A stretch of DNA of 64,000 nucleotides from Anthoceros angustus (Eukaryota; Plantae; Anthocerotophyta). A program made the position numbers and the translations under genes. Where the stretch lies: positions 434,001 to 498,000 of the forward strand of contig VJWM01000019.1 of NCBI GenBank assembly GCA_010909165.1. The letters run 5' to 3'. This document shows positions 49,883 through 61,973 of this stretch, one piece after another. The notes beneath the pieces were generated by a model. It saw only the letters and a program-made list of their open reading frames with translations. It was not told where the DNA came from and did no database searches. Position 1 is the first letter of the stretch; each line of letters begins with the position of its first letter.

Positions 49883-50923
49883 ATGGGTACCGCAGAGACT
49901 CTTCTGGCAAGCCATGCTGTAGCGCTTGTGGAGAATGTGAGTCTGGATGTCAAGGAGCCTGCTGGAAAGGCGTCGCCTGCTGATGAGATTCAGAATCTGC
50001 CTCAGCCAGAAGAGCAGGCAGCTGCGAAGGAGGAGGCCCCGCAGAGGCCGGAGCAGGCTGATGACGAATGCGTCAGGAAATTTGAGGTAAGGCTGGTTGC
50101 CTGATGTTGTTTGTTTGTTTTCTGCCTCGGTCGTTTGTTGGGTGGAACCCATGGTGTCCTCATGATGCAAATCAGATCTGCAAATCCATTACAATTCCTA
50201 TGGCGAACAGCCCACAATGTTGTTGGCTGTGACAAACTTCTTTTTCCTCTTTGACACTGGCAGGCTGCGATCAACGCCACTGTTTGCGCACAAGTGAAGG
50301 CTAAAGTCCTGTCAGAACTTCACCTGCTCGCGTCACAGACGGACGGAGGATGTCAGGTGTGGAGACCACTCGACTGCATTTCGCATGGTGTTAGTTGGCT
50401 GAAGCTGAGATGTGTGAGTTCATTCTGACGATGTGCCCATTTCATTGTTTCTGCAGACTCTGCTGAGTTCGCCAAACGAGAAGGCTGTACACGAGAGCCC
50501 CGAATTAGCTGAGAAGATAGTGAAGCTTCTGACAGATTCTGGTGGGCAATACTACGGTCTGGTCTGTGGTTCGATGTTATACTATCAGCCATTGCATCAC
50601 TCTCCTTATCTTCTGGACCTGTGGATGCAGAGTTTCCGGGAGCACGAGAGACACAGGAAGCTGTGGGCATCGTGGATGACAAAGCCCTAGATCAGCTCAG
50701 AAGAAGGCTGTTCCAGAAGGTGGCGGATTCCGTGAAACTGGCAAGTCTTTTAACAGTCCATACGGTTCGTTTTCAGAACCCTTTCATGGACGCCTACATG
50801 AGTCCGCATTTCACACCGAGGCAATTCAAAGCGGAGGAAGAGAGCGGAATTGTACGAGCCAATCCACCCTCTGGAGTAACTGCTCCTAAACCTCCAAAAC
50901 CAACAACACCTCCACCACTTTGA
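49883..50923 (+). CDS. Small orphan protein, copy 1 (4 exons, Pro-rich C-terminus)
   Basis: MGTAETL...DDECVRKFE|gt; ag|AAINATVCAQV; ag|TLLSSPNEKAV; last exon ...FQNPFMDAYMSPHFTPRQF..VRANPP. Splice sites are conserved in the paralog. Confidence 0.72.
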
Positions 50924-51572
50924 TTCACTTCAGATTCAGCGACCTCGCATATGAAACTCCACCCATTAGAGTCATCAACCTACGGAACGACCCACTCAAT
51001 ACTGAGGGAATTTTGATGCTTCCTCCTGTCATGACGTGATTTGCTGTCTGTTTGCCTCCCCCGAGGAGTGACATTGTAGCATGAGTTCCCACCTCGGCCG
51101 CTCATTGCGCTTTTATTCCTGTCCGAAACCAAAGCGCAACAACCCGAAGAATTAAAGATCTATATTATATCTCAAACTTTTATTCGAATTTGTATCCTTG
51201 AAGTCATACGGAATACTTATCTTCCTAGAAAAAGGCTCTCCTCATCAGTTCTCTCCTTCAATGAAGTCCTCCTCCTCTGTGTTGAAACAGTCAGAGGGGG
51301 AAGCCCATGCTGGTACATAGCGTGCTGTCAGACGCGTCTCCAGCGGCACGGAAACGCCCCCATCTCGCAAAGGCCTCTTCGTCTTTATCTGCCTTGACTG
51401 TTTGACTTGGCCACTGTAGCGAAGAATGGCTGATGTGTGAACAAAGTCTGCGAGCTCCTCCTCTCCCTCTCCCTCTCCCTTACCCGCTACTAAGGCTGCT
51501 CCTGACGGTCAGTACTCAACAAATGTGTGGAGCTCGTCCAGGAGTAGCCCGCTGCAGTGCTGGTGGCTGGCT

Positions 51573-52630
51573 ATGGGTACCTCAGAGACTCTTAATGGCC
51601 ATGTTGTAGAGCTTGTGGAGAACTTGAGCCTGGATACCAAGGGATGTGCTGGAAAGGCGTCGCCTGCTGACGAGCCCCAGAATCCGCCTCAGCCTGAAGC
51701 GCAGGCAGCTGCGAAGGAGGAAGTCCCGCAGAGGCCTGAGCAGGCTGACGACGAATGCGTCAAGAAATTTGAGGTGAGGATGGGTGAGTGATGATGTCTT
51801 CCTCGTTAGTTTGTTTTTCTGCCTGAGTAGATAGTTTGTTGGGTAGAACCTATCCGTTTCAGGTTTAAGAAGAATTTCCTCATGACGCAAACCAGAGATG
51901 CAAATCCGTTATCATTCCTTTGTCGAACAGCCCACAATTTTGCTGATTGCTTCTTCTTCCTCTTTCGCATTGGCAGGCTGCGATCAATGCCACTGTCCGC
52001 CCACAAGTGCAGGCTAAAGTTCTGTCAGAACTTCGCTTGCTTGCACCGCAGACGGACGGAAAATGGCAGGTTAGGAGAGCACTGAAGTTTCAGATGGAAC
52101 TAGTCGGCTGAATTGCTGGAATGTGTGAGATAATTTTGTGCCCATTTCATTGTTTCTGCAGACATTGCTGAGATCGCCAAGTGAGAAGGCTGTACAGGAG
52201 AACTCGGAAGTAGCTGCGAGGATAGTGAAGCTTCTGATTGATTCCGGTGAGCAATACTACGGTCTGTTATGTGGTTCGATGCTATGCAATTGGCCTTCGC
52301 ACCACTCTCGTTTCGTCTTCTGGAACTGTGGATGCAGAGTTTCCGGGGGCGCAAGAGGTGCTGGAAGCTGTGGGCATCTTGGATGACAAGGTCCTGGATC
52401 AGCTCAGGACGAGGTTGTTCCGGAAAGTCGGGGGATCTGTGAAACTGGAATCTCTACTAACAGTCAAAGCGGTTCGTTTTGAGAACCCTTTCATGACCGC
52501 CTTTGAGAGTCCGCATTTCACACCGAGGCAATTCCATTCGGAGGGACAATGCGAAATTGTACGAGCCAACCCGCCGAGGCCGCTACCAAATACCAAGATA
52601 CCTCCACCCCCGACACCTCCACGACGTTAA
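51573..52630 (+). CDS. Small orphan protein, copy 2 (tandem paralog, ~1690-bp offset)
   Basis: MGTSETL...DDECVKKFE|gt with the same exon structure. The last exon reads FENPFMTAFESPHFTPRQF..VRANPP. Confidence 0.72.
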
Positions 52631-52689
52631 CTGGCACTAGATCGACCAACCTCGTGCTGAAATTCCTCCATCACAGTCCATTAATTGGA

Positions 52690-55600
52690 TCAGAGATTTG
52701 GTTTTTTGAAGAAAGTTTCTATTGGAACATGCCAGTTTCTCTTGGGAGCATGCTGCTGGCCAATACTGGTGCCAGATGGCTTTCTTTTGTAGCTGGAGAC
52801 AAGTTCTGTACGCCTGCATGGAGTAAGAATTTGAAGCCACACATCCGTGTCAGAGAATGTCCCCCACCTTCCTGTCATAGTTGTTTCACGAAATGGGAGC
52901 AAGGGTTGAGAGCACCACCTGGTTTGCTGGGTTGGCCCTGCTGCATCTTCTCGTTGTAAAGCAACTGCAAGATGGTAGTCCTCATGCTCTTGCCGAGCCG
53001 AGGGCATGCAGTCACTCACCTCCAGCCCGCAGATGGAACAGCAATTGTCATCAACCCAGATTTGTAGGGGAAGATCATGAACTTGCGCTTCTGTCCAACC
53101 AGGTGCTTCCGGAATGGATACGGGTGCACCAGAGCCAACCTTGTCATCCGTGGGCACCCTTGCACTGCCATTCACATGGAATGCATCTGTATGAGCTTCA
53201 GAATTCGATGTAATGGATGACAACCGCGAGCATTTTGATAGATCTGCTGCAGGATAAGGCTTTCCTTGTCCAGGCAGTACGATGAAAGTGTCCAAAGTCC
53301 GTTGTGCCCTTGCACCTTTCAAAGGACTTTTGCTTTGAGAAGCATCACACACTGGCTGAGCAGTGCTCTTTCCTTTGTCGTCGTTTCCACCTGAGAAGAG
53401 CTCCCCTAGATGAGCATCACCATAATGAGGGATACATGGGTGTGCACCACTGCCTTCCACACCTGAGCATGATTCATCAGTATGCACATCTGGTGATGCT
53501 GCAAACCAATTGGAAGTATGTTGTTTGCCTTCTGTGTCAAGTGGCTCAGCTGAGAGTCCCGAAGAATTTAACTGAGGCAAGAAGCTGGTGAGAGTTCTCT
53601 GTGATTTGTCAGCAAGGTCCAGCTTCTCCCCTTTGAAGTGTGACATACGGAGACCTGTCGCACCAGCGAGTGGTGAGTTCATTTCATTTGAGGGAAGAAG
53701 GGGAAAGCGTCAGAAAGCATACCCATGAGTCGAATTGATATTGGAAGCTCGCCTCTGAGCAACTTGGTGGCATGCAGCAAAATGTCCTCTACCTTGTAAA
53801 TGAACGAGGGCAGAGTCATTGCCCTTGTCCGCACCTAACATTGCCGTTTACAGAAGACCAAACATGAGGGTGAGTGGGAGCCGGGAGATAATAATAAGGC
53901 GGTGGCTCAAACCAGAATAGGTGTAACATAGATACCTCAAATCCAGTGGTTTTCAACTTGAGCGTTAAAGTGCGGCCCTGCAAGTTCTCTTTTTGCATAT
54001 CTTCTGCCAATGCGTGAGCTAATTCCTCTTTTGACAAAACAAGTTACCCACTCAGAAATGAGCTGAGAAAGTATGCCACGTCTTAGAGGAAAACCATCTC
54101 CCGAAACACGCACCCCACTCAAGGTTTCACATGATTACCGAGCTTGCTCAATAGGTCACTCTCTTTTGATTTTGCAGCAAAAGTACGTTCGTTACTCAAG
54201 CTCTTGCGATGTTCTTCTTGAGGTGCATCCGAACCTCCAATGCCCAATGCCACAGCAAGGAAAAAATCTGAACCTCGCAACTGAGCTTGGTCAGCCAGAA
54301 TCTGATAATTTACCTTGAGTAAGCTTTACACTTGACATTGAACTCACTGTAGGAAGGAAGCAAGCAGACAAATGACTTCATGCACAGCCATATTGGTTCA
54401 CCTGTGGAAATTTCTGAAAAGAGAGCCGAAATCAAGGCACGTTTAGTCAACAAGTCTGCGCAAATGGTAATCCCAAGAACCTCCTTAAGCACTCTCTCCG
54501 TCACCTTGCCAATGCCAGATATCTGTCCACGGCAACAGAATCCAGTTCACCTCAAAATAACAGGAAGGGACTCACTGTTGCATCGTGTCTACTCATACAA
54601 GGATACTAGTACGTACTCTAGATGGTGCGGGGAATATGAGACCTTGCGAATAGGCAATGCAGCGATGAAGGCCATGACTGACGTCCTGTCATTGCTTAGG
54701 ACAAACTGTCCATTTGGCTTCTTGATGTCTGAACATACCTACGACAGTGCACTGCATCTTATCACCCTCCTGCACTGTCCGACAATGCCAAGCAAACCAT
54801 TCACCGGAGCAATCCTCATTGACAGGCTCAGAAGAGAACCTTCGCCAGCAACCGATTTGGCCCAACGCCAGCACTGCACGTGAGTCCAGTCGCTGCATGC
54901 ACCCTGTTGCGCAGCTCCTCCGCAACCTGGGAGTGGGTAATGCAAGGCATCACCCAGATCTCCAACAATGTGAAGGACTGACTGGGAGAGGATCCGGCTT
55001 ATCTCGCACACAATCAGACACAGGACTATATTTACCTCTGCTGCACTCATATTCTGTGACCAGCAAGCATCCGTGATGTCCAGATATGCTTCATCCAAGC
55101 TTCTTGCAACAAAGTTGGGATCATACTCCTGGAAGACTGCACCAAGGTTTTCCCAGATGTCATGAGAAACTGTCTTCTTCAGACCTCTCGCCATGAAGAT
55201 AAATTAACTATAACGGCAAGTCCCCAACCTTTTCGGCTGAGTTCGCTGTAACGGGTATATTTCTCAAAATCAGGACGCACAAAAATAAGATCGGAACAGA
55301 GTTTCCGAGCAATAAACCCGGGCATGGCAGCACGTACTCCAAATTTCCGGGCCTGCCAGCACACATATTCCAGAACCCAACCCCTTAAAGACACACAACA
55401 CTGCAAACGAACATCTTCACCTCCGAACACCCCAGCTGATAGACAACCAGACTCTGCATAGCACGAACCTCGTAGTTAGCCGTACAAATCATGGACATGC
55501 CTCCCACAGCCATGGGCTTGCCTCCTAAACCAGGATTCTCCAAAGTTTCCACCGCAGCGTAGAAGGCATCCATATCCACATGCAGCCAGATCCGGGAAAG

Positions 55601-56165
55601 GTCACGAGTGGCTTCCAGATCCACAATTTTCGCATCAGCAGCCTGCAAACCCACATCCAATCATCACCTACACTAATCCAAATCACACCAAGCACATGCA
55701 CGCTGTATGCACCCACAGCAAGCCAGCCATGTCAATCACCCCACCCCACCTTCTCATGAACAGCCAGCTGGGCTGGGGTAAGGCCAGCAGCCTGCACCGT
55801 CATAGCATGCACCCGCTGCAGCACAGCTGCTTCCTTCCTCTGCTCGTTGTCGAAGTATCGAGACCCTTTGCTCATCTCGTATACCACCTTCTGCACCTTC
55901 TTCTTGTCCACGCCGTCCATACCTGCCTCGATCACTCATTAGAAATTCACTCAAACGCCATCCCGCCCTTCCACAACCACCCCATCTGATCACAACACGC
56001 ACCTGCTTTGGAGTTGAGGAACACGGTGTCGTACGAGTCCCAGGAATTCTTCTCCCTCTGCTGGCAGCCTCCTGCAGATGGAGCATTTTTCGGTCCCCCA
56101 TCTCCCTGCCCGGCAACGCAGTGGTCTCCAGACCCAGTCCTCCCAGACTGCGCCGGCTCATCCAT
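52690..56165 (-). CDS. POLK: DNA polymerase kappa (Y-family, DinB; multi-exon) with a C-terminal UBZ-like zinc finger
   Basis: WDSYDTVFLNSKAG/MDGVDKKKVQKVVYEMSKGS, RIWLHVDMDAFYAAVE, ARKFGVRAAMPGFIARKLC, FVARSLDEAYLDIT, GRTLTLKLKT and CSICG...EHEDYHLA. Confidence 0.96.
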
Positions 56166-56290
56166 CTCCCCGACCTCCAGCCCCGCAGGGCTCGTCTTCA
56201 CGGAGCACACGGATTCACGAAGGGAGCAGTGGTGGCAAAATCAAAGTTTTAAGTACCTAATAATCAATGACGCTCCATGAGCACATCACT

Positions 56291-56363
56291 GGTCGCGTGG
56301 CCTAATGGATAAGGCGCTCGCCTCCGGAGCGGGAGATTGCGGGTTCGAGTCCCGCCGTGATCG
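56291..56363 (+). tRNA. trnR-CCG: tRNA-Arg(CCG)
   Basis: Full 73-nt cloverleaf: acceptor GGTCGCG/CGTGATC, D arm GCCT/AGGC, anticodon stem CTCGC/GCGGG with loop CT-CCG-GA, T arm GCGGG-TTCGAGT-CCCGC. Confidence 0.96.
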
Positions 56364-57352
56364 CTCCATGCCCATAATGACATGTGCTCCTGATTTTGTC
56401 ATTCCTTTAGATGCGGACCCATGGTAGAATACTTTGGTGCATATACGGAATCAAGAGGACAGGCGACCTGGGGCGGCGGACGAGATGCAGCAGCCGGGGT
56501 TGGCAGCCGCGAGCAAGTCCCGCGGCCTGCTCTCCTTCGTGGCGTTCTCCTCTTCCTTGCTGCGAGCTGGGAGGCGAGACATGCATTCAGCTTCAGTAGC
56601 AGCGTCCAGGGCCGGCCTCTGCGTGTGCACGCGGGCCTGGACTTGGAGCAATGCGTATCCAACAGGCAGAAGGAGGGCCTGTCCGAGTCCCCGTGATCGC
56701 TCCATGCCCATAATGACATGTGCTCCTGATTTTGTCATTCCTTTAGATGCGGACCCATGGTAGAATACTTTGGTGCATATACGGAATCAAGAGGACAGGC
56801 GACCTGGGGCGGCGGACGAGATGCAGCAGCCGGGGTTGGCAGCCGCGAGCAAGTCCGCGGCCTGCTCTCCGTTCTCCTCTTCCTTGCTGCGAGCTGGGAG
56901 GCGAGACATGCATTCAGCTTCAGTAGCAGCGTCCAGGGCCGGCCTCTGCGTGTGCACGCGGGGCCTGGACTTGGAGCAATGCGTATCCAACAGGCAGAAG
57001 GAGGGCCTGTCCGAGTCCCGCCGTGATCGCTCCATGCCCATAATGACATGTGCTCCTGATTTTGTCATTCCTTTAGATGCGGACCCATGGTAGAATACTT
57101 TGGTGCATATACGGAATCAAGAGGACAGGCGACCTGGGGCGGCGGACGAGATGCAGCAGCCGGGGTTGGCAGCCGCGAGCAAGTCCCGCGGCCTGCTCTC
57201 CTTCGTGGCGTTCTCCTCTTCCTTGCTGCGAGCTGGGAGGCGAGACATGCATTCAGCTTCAGTAGCAGCGTCCAGGGCCGGCCTCTGCGTGTGCACGCGG
57301 GGCCTGGACTTGGAGCAATGCGTATCCAACAGGCAGAAGGAGGGCCTGTCCG
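56346..57352 (+). repeat. ~330-bp unit triplicated (tRNA 3' end + spacer + start of the GTPase CDS)
   Basis: cgagtccc(gc)cgtgatcgctccatgccc at 56346, 56684 and 57012. The copies differ only by short indels. Confidence 0.95.
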
Positions 57353-59456
57353 GGGCGGCCTCCTGCTCCTCCGGGCCGGACCAGCGGGGGCCCGGGAGAT
57401 GGTCATTCTCAGCGCGCCCTCCCGCCGCAAGGGCGCCGGCGGCCCGCTGGCCGGATTCCAAGCTGTGGAGCGTGACGGCGGGGGCGAGCAGGTGTCTGGC
57501 CACCAGGGCGGCGGCCGCCAGGGACGGGGGTTTGGCATGCCCCGGGTGCGGAGTGTACATGCAGGACAAGGATCCCAAGGCGCCGGGCTTCTTCAAGCGG
57601 CCGGCGGCGCTGGACAGGGCCGAGGAAGACGACGAGGAAGGAGGAGATGCGGAGCTGCTTATTGAGGATGAGGCGGCGGAGGGGGAAGAAGATGATGAGG
57701 AGGAGGAGGAGTTTGTGATCGGCGATGGCGAGGGTTTGGGGAAGGGTTTAGGGAAGAGCTCGGAGCAGCGCATGACATGGAGCGGGATCAACTGGGAGGA
57801 CTGGGCCGTGCAGGAGAAGGAGCAGGAGATGGCGGACCGGGTGGCGCGGCCGTTCGGGGACATGGAGTGGAACGAGGTCGGGAGCAACACGCAGGCGGCG
57901 AAGGATGCGTGGAACAAGCTCTTCAGCGAGCAGGGTCAGGGTCAGGAGCGGGATCGGGTGGTGGTGGTGTGCGCGCGATGCCATTCGCTGCGGCATTACG
58001 CGCAGGTGAAGGACGAGGAGGTGGAGAATCTCCTCCCCGACTTCGACTTCGACAGGCTGATCGGGGCGCGGCTGAAGAAGGCGTACGGGCGCCGCGCCGT
58101 GGTGCTCATGGTGGTGGACGCGGCGGACTTCGACGGCTCCTTCCCGCGCACCGCGGCGGCGCTGCTGGCGGAGGTGGAGCGCGAGAGCGGGGACGCCTGG
58201 AAGGACGGCATGCCCGGGAACACGCCGAGGCTCATCCTGGTGCTCACCAAGATCGACTTGTTGCCGAAGCAGGTGTCGCCTAACAGGCTGGAGCAGTGGG
58301 TGCGGCGCAGGGCCAGAGCGGGGGGCGCGCCGAGAGTGAGCGGGGTGCACCTGGTGAGCGCGTATAAGGGATGGGGCATCCCGCAGCTGGCGCTGCATGT
58401 GAAGGACCTGGCGGGGTCGAGGGGGGACGTGTGGGTGATCGGGTCACAGAACGCCGGCAAGAGCTCGCTCATCAACGCGTTCGGGAAGCTCTCCGGCGGG
58501 AAGCGCGCTCCCCAGCTCACTGAGGCCCCCGTGCCCGGGACCACAGTGGGCGTGCTGAAGCTGGACGGGATCCTCCCCGCCAAGGCGCACCTCTACGACA
58601 CCCCTGGACTCATTCACCCGCACCAGCTCACCACCAGGTTGAACAGGGACGAGCTCAAGGTGGTGCAGGTGCGCAAGGAGCTCCGGCCTCGGACGTACAG
58701 GGTCAAGGTATGCGGGCGAATCCTTCTTCTTCAATTTGATTACAGGCAAGCCAATGCAATGCAATTGGGCTGATGGGAGCATTGCTGTGCTGGGAATGCA
58801 GGTAGGAAGCAGCGTCCACATCGGAGCCCTGGTGCGGCTGGACGTGGTGGAGTCCAGCGCGGACAGCTTCTACCTCTCCGTGTTTGCGTCGGCCTACATC
58901 CCGCTGCACATGGGGAAGACGGAGTCGGCGGAGGAGCTGCTGGAGAAGCATGTCGGTGACCGTCTCACGGTAGGCTCTCGTGTTCATGCCCATGTGGGTC
59001 CATGTCCTGCCTCGCATTGCTGTGCAGGAGACACTGCTCACTGATGCCTGCTGCTGCCATGTTGTGCGGCAGCCGCCCATGGATGGGGAGCGGCTTGCCG
59101 AGATAGGGCACTGGGTTGCGCGGAGCGTGAAGGTGGCTGGAGATCAGTGGGATCACAACAGTGCGGACATCGCTGTGGCCGGGCTGGGGTGGATCAGTTT
59201 CGGGATCAAGGGCGATGCTGTCATCAAGGTGTGGACGTTCGAGGGAGTGGCCGTCACAACGAGAGAAGCGCTCATATTTGATAAGGCTGTTGATTTCGAG
59301 AGGGCCGGTTTCACAGTCCCGGTGGCCGCTCCCAAGCCTGACAAAGCCAAGCTCAAGCCCAAGCCGGGCAAGAAGGGCAAGGATGGCTCGGAGCAGCAGC
59401 AGCCCAGAAAACAACGAGAGCTTAATTCCTCGAAGCAGCAAGTTGCTGTGCTTTAA
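57151..59456 (+). CDS. YqeH-type circularly permuted GTPase, probably plastid (BPG2/At4g10620-like; exons 57151-58707, 58802-58969, 59073-59456)
   Basis: CPGCG...CARCHSL zinc finger, VVDAADFDGSF, TKIDLLP (G4), SAYKG (G5), GSQNAGKSSLIN (G1), PGTT (G2) and DTPG (G3). N-terminus resembles a transit peptide. Confidence 0.93.
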
Positions 59457-59801
59457 TTCATGGAGGGATTGTTGTGTGATGAACTACGACGATGCTGCAT
59501 ACGATTCCGGAAGCCTTGCCCTGTGTAGGCAGGCTACCGCCAGTCAGAAGCTTCGTGTGGAGAAACTGAAGCGGCAAGAGCACAACATACGAAATTTGTG
59601 TGGCTCCCAGGCAAGTTCAATCCAGGCTTTTATCCAGAGTGCGGATTCAGACGGACTGACTCCTGACAGATGCAATCCTTCAATCGGAAGCTTCACGCGG
59701 TGGTTCCTTCTCTGCTGGGTGCAGGCCTATACAGGGAGTGATGAGATGCGCCGGCGGATGAGAGTTCAGGCGTGCGTGAAGAGACTCGGCGAGCGGGAAG
59801 C

Positions 59802-60578
59802 ATGATGTCCGTTGTTCGGGCACCGGCTTCGGCTTCTGCTTCTGCTTGTGTGGCCGGGAACCCGACGGCAAGCAGGCTCGCCGGGAGGAGATGCTCCTCG
59901 GTGACGCTTTCCAGGCACAGCGATACGGCTGCATTGGGCTATGGCGGCAGCGTCGTCTTCCGTGCTGTCTCCAGGAGGAGGGCGTCGGTGAGAGCTGAGG
60001 CCGGGCCCACGCCGAACGTGATCAAGGTGGTGGGCATTTCCGGATCCTTCCGCAAGGCGTCCTGGAACCGGGGCCTGCTGCTGGCGGCGCAGGAGGTGGC
60101 GGCGGAGTCGTTCCCGGATCTGGAGCTGGAGATCCTGGACATCAGCAAGCTGCCGTTCGTGAACACGGACCTGCCCAAGGACGCGCTCCCGGAGGAGGTG
60201 AGGCTGTTCCGGGCCAAGGTTTTGCAGGCGAACGCCGTCCTCTTCGCCTCCCCCGAGTACAACTACGGCGTCCCCGGAGTGCTCAAGAACGCCATCGACT
60301 GGGGCTCCTACCCCTCTAACGTCTGGGGGGACAAGCCCGCCGCCATTGTGAGCGCCGGCGGCTCCCTGGGCGGTGCAAGAGGCCAAACCCAGCTCCGCCA
60401 GCTGGGGCTCTACATCGACATCCACTTCCTCAACAAGCCCGAGCTGTTAGTCAAGGGATACGAGCCCCCCCAGAAGTTCGACGAGAACGGCAACTTGGTG
60501 GACCCTGTCACCCGAGATCGGCTCAAGCAGCTGGTGGAGGCTCTTCGGGCCTGGACCATCAGATTGCAGAAAATTTGA
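59802..60578 (+). CDS. NQR: NADPH-dependent FMN reductase / NAD(P)H:quinone oxidoreductase, intronless, with an N-terminal extension
   Basis: KVVGISGSFRKASWNRGLL, LFASPEYNYGVPGVLKNAIDWGS, KPAAIVSAGG and GGARGQTQLRQ. Confidence 0.93.
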   Translation: MMSVVRAPASASASACVAGNPTASRLAGRRCSSVTLSRHSDTAALGYGGSVVFRAVSRRRASVRAEAGPTPNVIKVVGISGSFRKASWNRGLLLAAQEVAAESFPDLELEILDISKLPFVNTDLPKDALPEEVRLFRAKVLQANAVLFASPEYNYGVPGVLKNAIDWGSYPSNVWGDKPAAIVSAGGSLGGARGQTQLRQLGLYIDIHFLNKPELLVKGYEPPQKFDENGNLVDPVTRDRLKQLVEALRAWTIRLQKI

Positions 60579-60697
60579 AGGTGGGAAATCTCCTTGCGAG
60601 GATGGGCTGTTTTGTGGAAGATGGCTGTTCTTCTCCATTCCTGTGTACCAGTATAATACATGTGATTGCTGAGAGAGCTTTAGGTGGCCAATGACTA

Positions 60698-61813
60698 CTA
60701 CAGCTTGGATTGTCTCAGTATGGCCTCCAGCTCCCACTGGACGTGAGCTCGGGTGATGTCCTTCAAGGAGCAACATCCCGCCAAAGACATGGTCAGCTCC
60801 AACTCATCCCTCAGCATCTGCAGCACCTTCCGGACACCAGCCTCCCCGTCCACGGTGAGGCCGAAGATGATGGGCCTCCCCACAAACACGCCGGCAGCGC
60901 CCAAGGCCAAGGCTTTGAAAACGTCTGTGCCTCGCCGGATTCCACCGTCCACGAACACCGGCATCTCCCCCTTCACAGCATGCACCACCTCCTCCAGGGC
61001 GGAGATGGTGGCTGGCACGTGGTCCAGCTGCCGGGCACCGTGGTTCGACACAACCACGCCGGCTGCTCCTGCTGCGTAAGCCAGTTTGGCATCCTCGGCC
61101 GTGAGAATTCCCTTCACCACCACCGGCAGCCTGGTGATGGATCGCAGCCACTTCACGTCCTTCCAGCTGAGAGACATGTCCACCTCCCCGACTGTGTAGT
61201 TCGGGAGGTCTGCCGGGATGGCGTCCTGGATCCTGCTCAGGCTCACTCCCTCGAAGTTCTTCAAGCTCAGGTGGGCTGGGATCTGAAACTTGTTCCTGAT
61301 GTCGTTCTCCCTGCGTCCCACACGGGGCACGTCCACGGTGAGCACGATCGCCTGGTAGCCTTCACGCTCCGCCCTGCGCACGAAATTCACCGCAATCTCC
61401 CTGTCCTTCATCACGTAGAGCTGGAAGAAGCGGATCCCGGGCCCCGTGCCTGCCACTTCCTCGATGCTGCTGGTTGCGTTGGACGACAAGGTCATGATGG
61501 TCCCTGCTGCTGCTGCCGCCCGGGCCACCGCCAATTCCCCCTCCGGATGGGCCATCCTGTGCAAGGCTGTGGGTGCAACCATGATGGGCATGCTCACCGC
61601 ATGCCCCAGCACGGTAGTGGACAGATCTACCCGGCTCACGTCTATCAGGATCCGTGGCCTGATCCTCAGCCTTTCGAAGGCCTCGCGATTCTCCTTCAGA
61701 GACCACTCGTCCTCTGCTCCCGAGGCGTAGAAGTCGTATGCCATCTTTGGGAGCCTGTGCTTTGCGAGCACTTGGTACTCGCTCACGTTCACAACCTCGG
61801 TCGCCATGGCCAT
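60698..61813 (-). CDS. GLO: FMN-dependent (S)-2-hydroxy-acid oxidase (glycolate oxidase family), intronless CDS, PTS1 SKL
   Basis: [55 protein letters not shown] and C-terminal QSKL. Confidence 0.95.
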   Translation of the reverse strand: MAMATEVVNVSEYQVLAKHRLPKMAYDFYASGAEDEWSLKENREAFERLRIRPRILIDVSRVDLSTTVLGHAVSMPIMVAPTALHRMAHPEGELAVARAAAAAGTIMTLSSNATSSIEEVAGTGPGIRFFQLYVMKDREIAVNFVRRAEREGYQAIVLTVDVPRVGRRENDIRNKFQIPAHLSLKNFEGVSLSRIQDAIPADLPNYTVGEVDMSLSWKDVKWLRSITRLPVVVKGILTAEDAKLAYAAGAAGVVVSNHGARQLDHVPATISALEEVVHAVKGEMPVFVDGGIRRGTDVFKALALGAAGVFVGRPIIFGLTVDGEAGVRKVLQMLRDELELTMSLAGCCSLKDITRAHVQWELEAILRQSKL

Positions 61814-61973
61814 GGCGGATGTTGCCACCGCCCAGATTGTACCGAGACTGACAAGCTTCTGGCTTGCCGCATCGACTTCGAGGGTTTGAGAGCATTCCAG
61901 TGCCAAGACCCTAAAACCTCTCCTCAGAGAATGTCCGAATGTGCAACGGCTTAGTGATGGTGGCGGGCAGAGG

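Noticed and set aside
57117-58583. Long minus-strand ORFs opposite the GTPase
   Set aside because: Antisense shadows caused by high GC3.
60710-61954. 414-aa plus-strand ORF
   Set aside because: Antisense shadow of the GC3-rich GLO gene; no recognisable motifs.
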